Shown here in pieces: positions 24,301 to 25,944 of a stretch of DNA of 25,944 nucleotides. Numbering within the stretch: position 1 is the stretch's first letter; every line of letters begins with the position of its first letter. Origin of the DNA: a virus. Lineage: Duplodnaviria > Heunggongvirae > Uroviricota > Caudoviricetes. The notes beneath the pieces were generated by a model. That model made no database searches. It was not told the DNA's origin and was given only the letters and a program-made list of their open reading frames with translations. The stretch lies in IMG/VR virus record IMGVR_UViG_3300044296_000239; one strand, given 5' to 3'. A program made the translations under genes and the position numbers.

Positions 24301-25944
24301 CACCGCAAATGGGTTTACATTTTCTGTACGAGAAGCATATGGTTGTTTAATGAATTCCTGATTAACATATGGTAATGTGATGATATGACCTGTTAACTGA
24401 TAACCATGAGCAATACGATCACTATTATTTTGATATTTTTCAACTAAGTTTACGTTATCCATTGTATAGAATGGACGCAATTCTTGATTAGTCATATCAA
24501 TAGAGCAACGATAGTCTAATGATGCCACGTCTCCAAGATCTGATCCTTTAAAACTATCAACGATAAACCCGTTTTTATAACGTTCTAATCCAACATCATC
24601 TTTGATAGACATACTCTTAGTATCAGTTTCCAATAATGAAAGAGCTGTATAATATTCTAAGTTTTCAATACGTTTATCAAGCTTGCCGATATCACGCATC
24701 GTATAGCGTTTGTTATCAGTAACTTCAATAGAAACTGATCCCTTATCTGGGAATAATGTATATGGAGAAACAGCTAATTTAGCCAATAACATGTCAAGTG
24801 ATGGATCTTTTGGCTCTTGTGGAGCTAATCCATCTGTACCGCTGATGTCATAAAACTTACCATTAATGTCTAGAGCAATTTTATCTCTACGTGATAGGTA
24901 GTATGAATAACTTGCAATCGTTTCAAAACCTACTTTAGGTAATTCTGAACCAGATGCGCCGGTTGATGTGTAAGTTGCACCAGCATCATCAATACGTGGT
25001 CGGAAATCCATTACATCAGCAAGTGCAATCACGCCTACAGTTGATGTATAATATGGAATTTTTTCATATGGAATTCCATATGAGTCAACAGTGAAATAGT
25101 CACCAGCATTACCAGCAGTATGACTAAAATAATCAAACACAACTCTTACAGCACCAGTTGGATTTGGATATCCGTTTTTGCGTGTAATACTTGCTAAATC
25201 ATAGAATGTATCACGTTGACCATCGTCAAATGAGAACCAATCTGTAATATCAGTTGTGAGTGATGGATCAGATGAAGCTGTGAAGCTTCCATCTTTGCGC
25301 ATTAAAACTGCAACAACACGATAGCCATCAGCATGACCAAGCGATAGTTTTAATGGAGCAACTGCACTAGCACTAGTGAAATCAGCCGTTGCATTTAAAA
25401 CGAGAGTCTTTTTCTTTTCTTGAGCAGTAGTACCAGATTTACGAACTGGTGCTAGAACAGTATAAGAAGAAGATGCTGAAACACCGCTAATTACTGCATC
25501 TGCACCGTTATTGGCTAATGTAACTGCTGATGGATTAACAGCACGTCCAGTAGTTCTATTAATAACAATGAATTGATTTTTACTAGCAGCCGGGTTAAAT
25601 TCAGTACCAACAGTAGTAACACCAATAGCCGCACCCACTGAAATAGTGATAGACGTCTGTCCACTAGATGTAGTCGCTGTAAACTTCTGAGTTGTTGTGT
25701 AGTTGGTTGCAATAGTAGCATCGTTTGTGCCACCGCGAACTTTACGAATGAATGAATATGCAAGCGGGAATAATAAGCTAGTATAACTTGGATCAGATAC
25801 ACCAGACATCACGCGTTTAAAGATTACACCAGTGATTGTACCGCTAAATGCAGTAGCAATTGCTAAAGCTGTATTATTAGTAATAGCTGTTACACGACGA
25901 GTTTCATATGTGCCGCTTGAATTCAATGCATAGATGTAATCACC
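21292..25944 (-). CDS. Large virion structural protein, DUF4815/VrlC-like (5'-truncated, >1550 aa)
   Basis: The frame stays open past the TTG at 25926 to the window edge (GDYIYA-L-NSSG), so the true start is outside. Motifs RYKNGFIVDSF, CSID....ELRP, ENVNPFAVF, DPLAQT, GVDIYF..KD..IPV.LQIRET.NGYP, QPYTGVLFKSQNASTWT..Q..DLKF, P.VKDLR.IA. Confidence 0.85.
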   Translation of the reverse strand, partial: GDYIYALNSSGTYETRRVTAITNNTALAIATAFSGTITGVIFKRVMSGVSDPSYTSLLFPLAYSFIRKVRGGTNDATIATNYTTTQKFTATTSSGQTSITISVGAAIGVTTVGTEFNPAASKNQFIVINRTTGRAVNPSAVTLANNGADAVISGVSASSSYTVLAPVRKSGTTAQEKKKTLVLNATADFTSASAVAPLKLSLGHADGYRVVAVLMRKDGSFTASSDPSLTTDITDWFSFDDGQRDTFYDLASITRKNGYPNPTGAVRVVFDYFSHTAGNAGDYFTVDSYGIPYEKIPYYTSTVGVIALADVMDFRPRIDDAGATYTSTGASGSELPKVGFETIASYSYYLSRRDKIALDINGKFYDISGTDGLAPQEPKDPSLDMLLAKLAVSPYTLFPDKGSVSIEVTDNKRYTMRDIGKLDKRIENLEYYTALSLLETDTKSMSIKDDVGLERYKNGFIVDSFKGSDLGDVASLDYRCSIDMTNQELRPFYTMDNVNLVEKYQNNSDRIAHGYQLTGHIITLPYVNQEFIKQPYASRTENVNPFAVFTFLGQMSLNPPGDDWFETDRRPDVITNVEGNFSATQSALEKAGALGTVWNAWQTTWTGATRTIDRLKVTRGFDGTDYGLGGGRWSDRHTFTAAELAAIGGNAVNYGQDGVGARVLTYQTTATTIGQARTGITTTIVPKTDYQVVDDKVLQTAVIPYIRSRDLVFVCRGLKPNAQLNVFFDDTNIANYCYPASKVVCVNNGSVAFDTTSNVGAASGDIGRQLNGAPETGYNTGDVVYVSSRNGTAYNSQITSPARGVAVLTEKSVETGAEAVYLVNVAGTFQAGDTIKGSVSGATYIIPAGTANITAQAKGSTLSTNFNGNLAGVFAIPNTDAARFRTGTREFRLTDSATADGRDYTTQGRGSYTAKGILETKQRSINAVRNAEVVTVPASEERTQEIFSPERLVRDTGWYDPLAQTIMIQSSGGAFLTGVDIYFYTKDASIPVNLQIRETVNGYPGPGILPFSKVSLTPDKINTSPDASVPTRFTFESPVFVNDQVEHCIVLLSDSNNYRVWISQLGEKNINSDRFISEQPYTGVLFKSQNASTWTANQEQDLKFTVYRAKFNTAAQGLATFTNDIIGPATLDRSPFKTTLGTNKVRVFQRNHGMPAGSSVIISNVGAATYNGIVTTSSTGLNGTFTISNVEVDSYVITVYTNATATGFVGGDNVVATANIPYDAIQLATTNQVFSDTALDFGVITTDTSYNKDLDTSPIIPNETLYFTSSGLVASPINQTNSLLGEGNKSLEVVAHLSSTNDALSPIIDTTRLSMTTIKNRIDNLTVTTKNVVQLDDIKIADAVSGITFDSGNPTKIYMPSAVRGNAKGVAIGKYVSVSGTTSNNTSTPVRVVSIATDGSYIETTGTFTTESPSTATVTLKDSYIAEDAPIGGSAVSKYLTRVVNLEKPSTFLKIMFAANVPPTLDSDVEVWYKLIPTGTNGDISLYPFVRATNAVKGIRKTSNTSEFVDVEYDQLNLPAFDAVVVKLVFKGANTAQVPRVKDLRIIACA

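Noticed and set aside
432-25802. Short same-strand alternative-frame ORFs (for example 11926-12384, 2368-2583, 3688-3933, 4806-5018, 25515-25802)
   Set aside because: Val/Leu-rich shadow frames generated by GGT/GGA-rich or T-ending codon bias of the real genes, with no independent evidence.
25924-25926. TTG start of the 1544-aa ORF as given in the track
   Set aside because: The frame continues without a stop to the window edge, so this is an internal Leu.
1-25944. Stop-codon reassignment or programmed frameshifts
   Set aside because: Genes tile the minus strand densely under the standard code and use both TAA and TGA stops with coupling overlaps. No split ORFs need recoding.

Overview
A 25.9-kb stretch of a large T4-like tailed phage genome (inferred from a DUF4815/VrlC-like virion protein, TATAAATA late-promoter motifs and typical fibre modules). 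All credible genes (about 31) lie on the minus strand, tightly packed, and the window is cut inside a gene at both ends. Read in transcription order (25944 to 1): giant virion structural protein; small coiled-coil protein; short tail fibre with an S74 auto-cleaving chaperone; a 155-aa protein with an 18-Cys C-terminal half ending (CA)5C-GDACGG; a radical SAM/SPASM enzyme; two pairs of paralogous unknown proteins; an asparagine-synthetase-like ATP pyrophosphatase; a cupin; a set of lectin-like/Gly-rich tail proteins; several small virion proteins; a long tail fibre with an S74 chaperone; three paralogous Gly/His-rich proteins; a flavin-dependent (tryptophan-type) halogenase; and a fibre-assembly-like protein followed by a terminator. 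The main candidate for an undescribed system is a RiPP-like (ranthipeptide-type) maturation cassette inside the tail-fibre operon, whose apparent substrate is translationally coupled to a tail fibre. A second fibre repeats the layout fibre, tip protein(s), modifying enzyme, chaperone, with a halogenase as the enzyme. This suggests enzymatic post-translational modification of receptor-binding fibre tips. That interpretation is inference. Family assignments come from motifs recognised by eye, and no database search was run.
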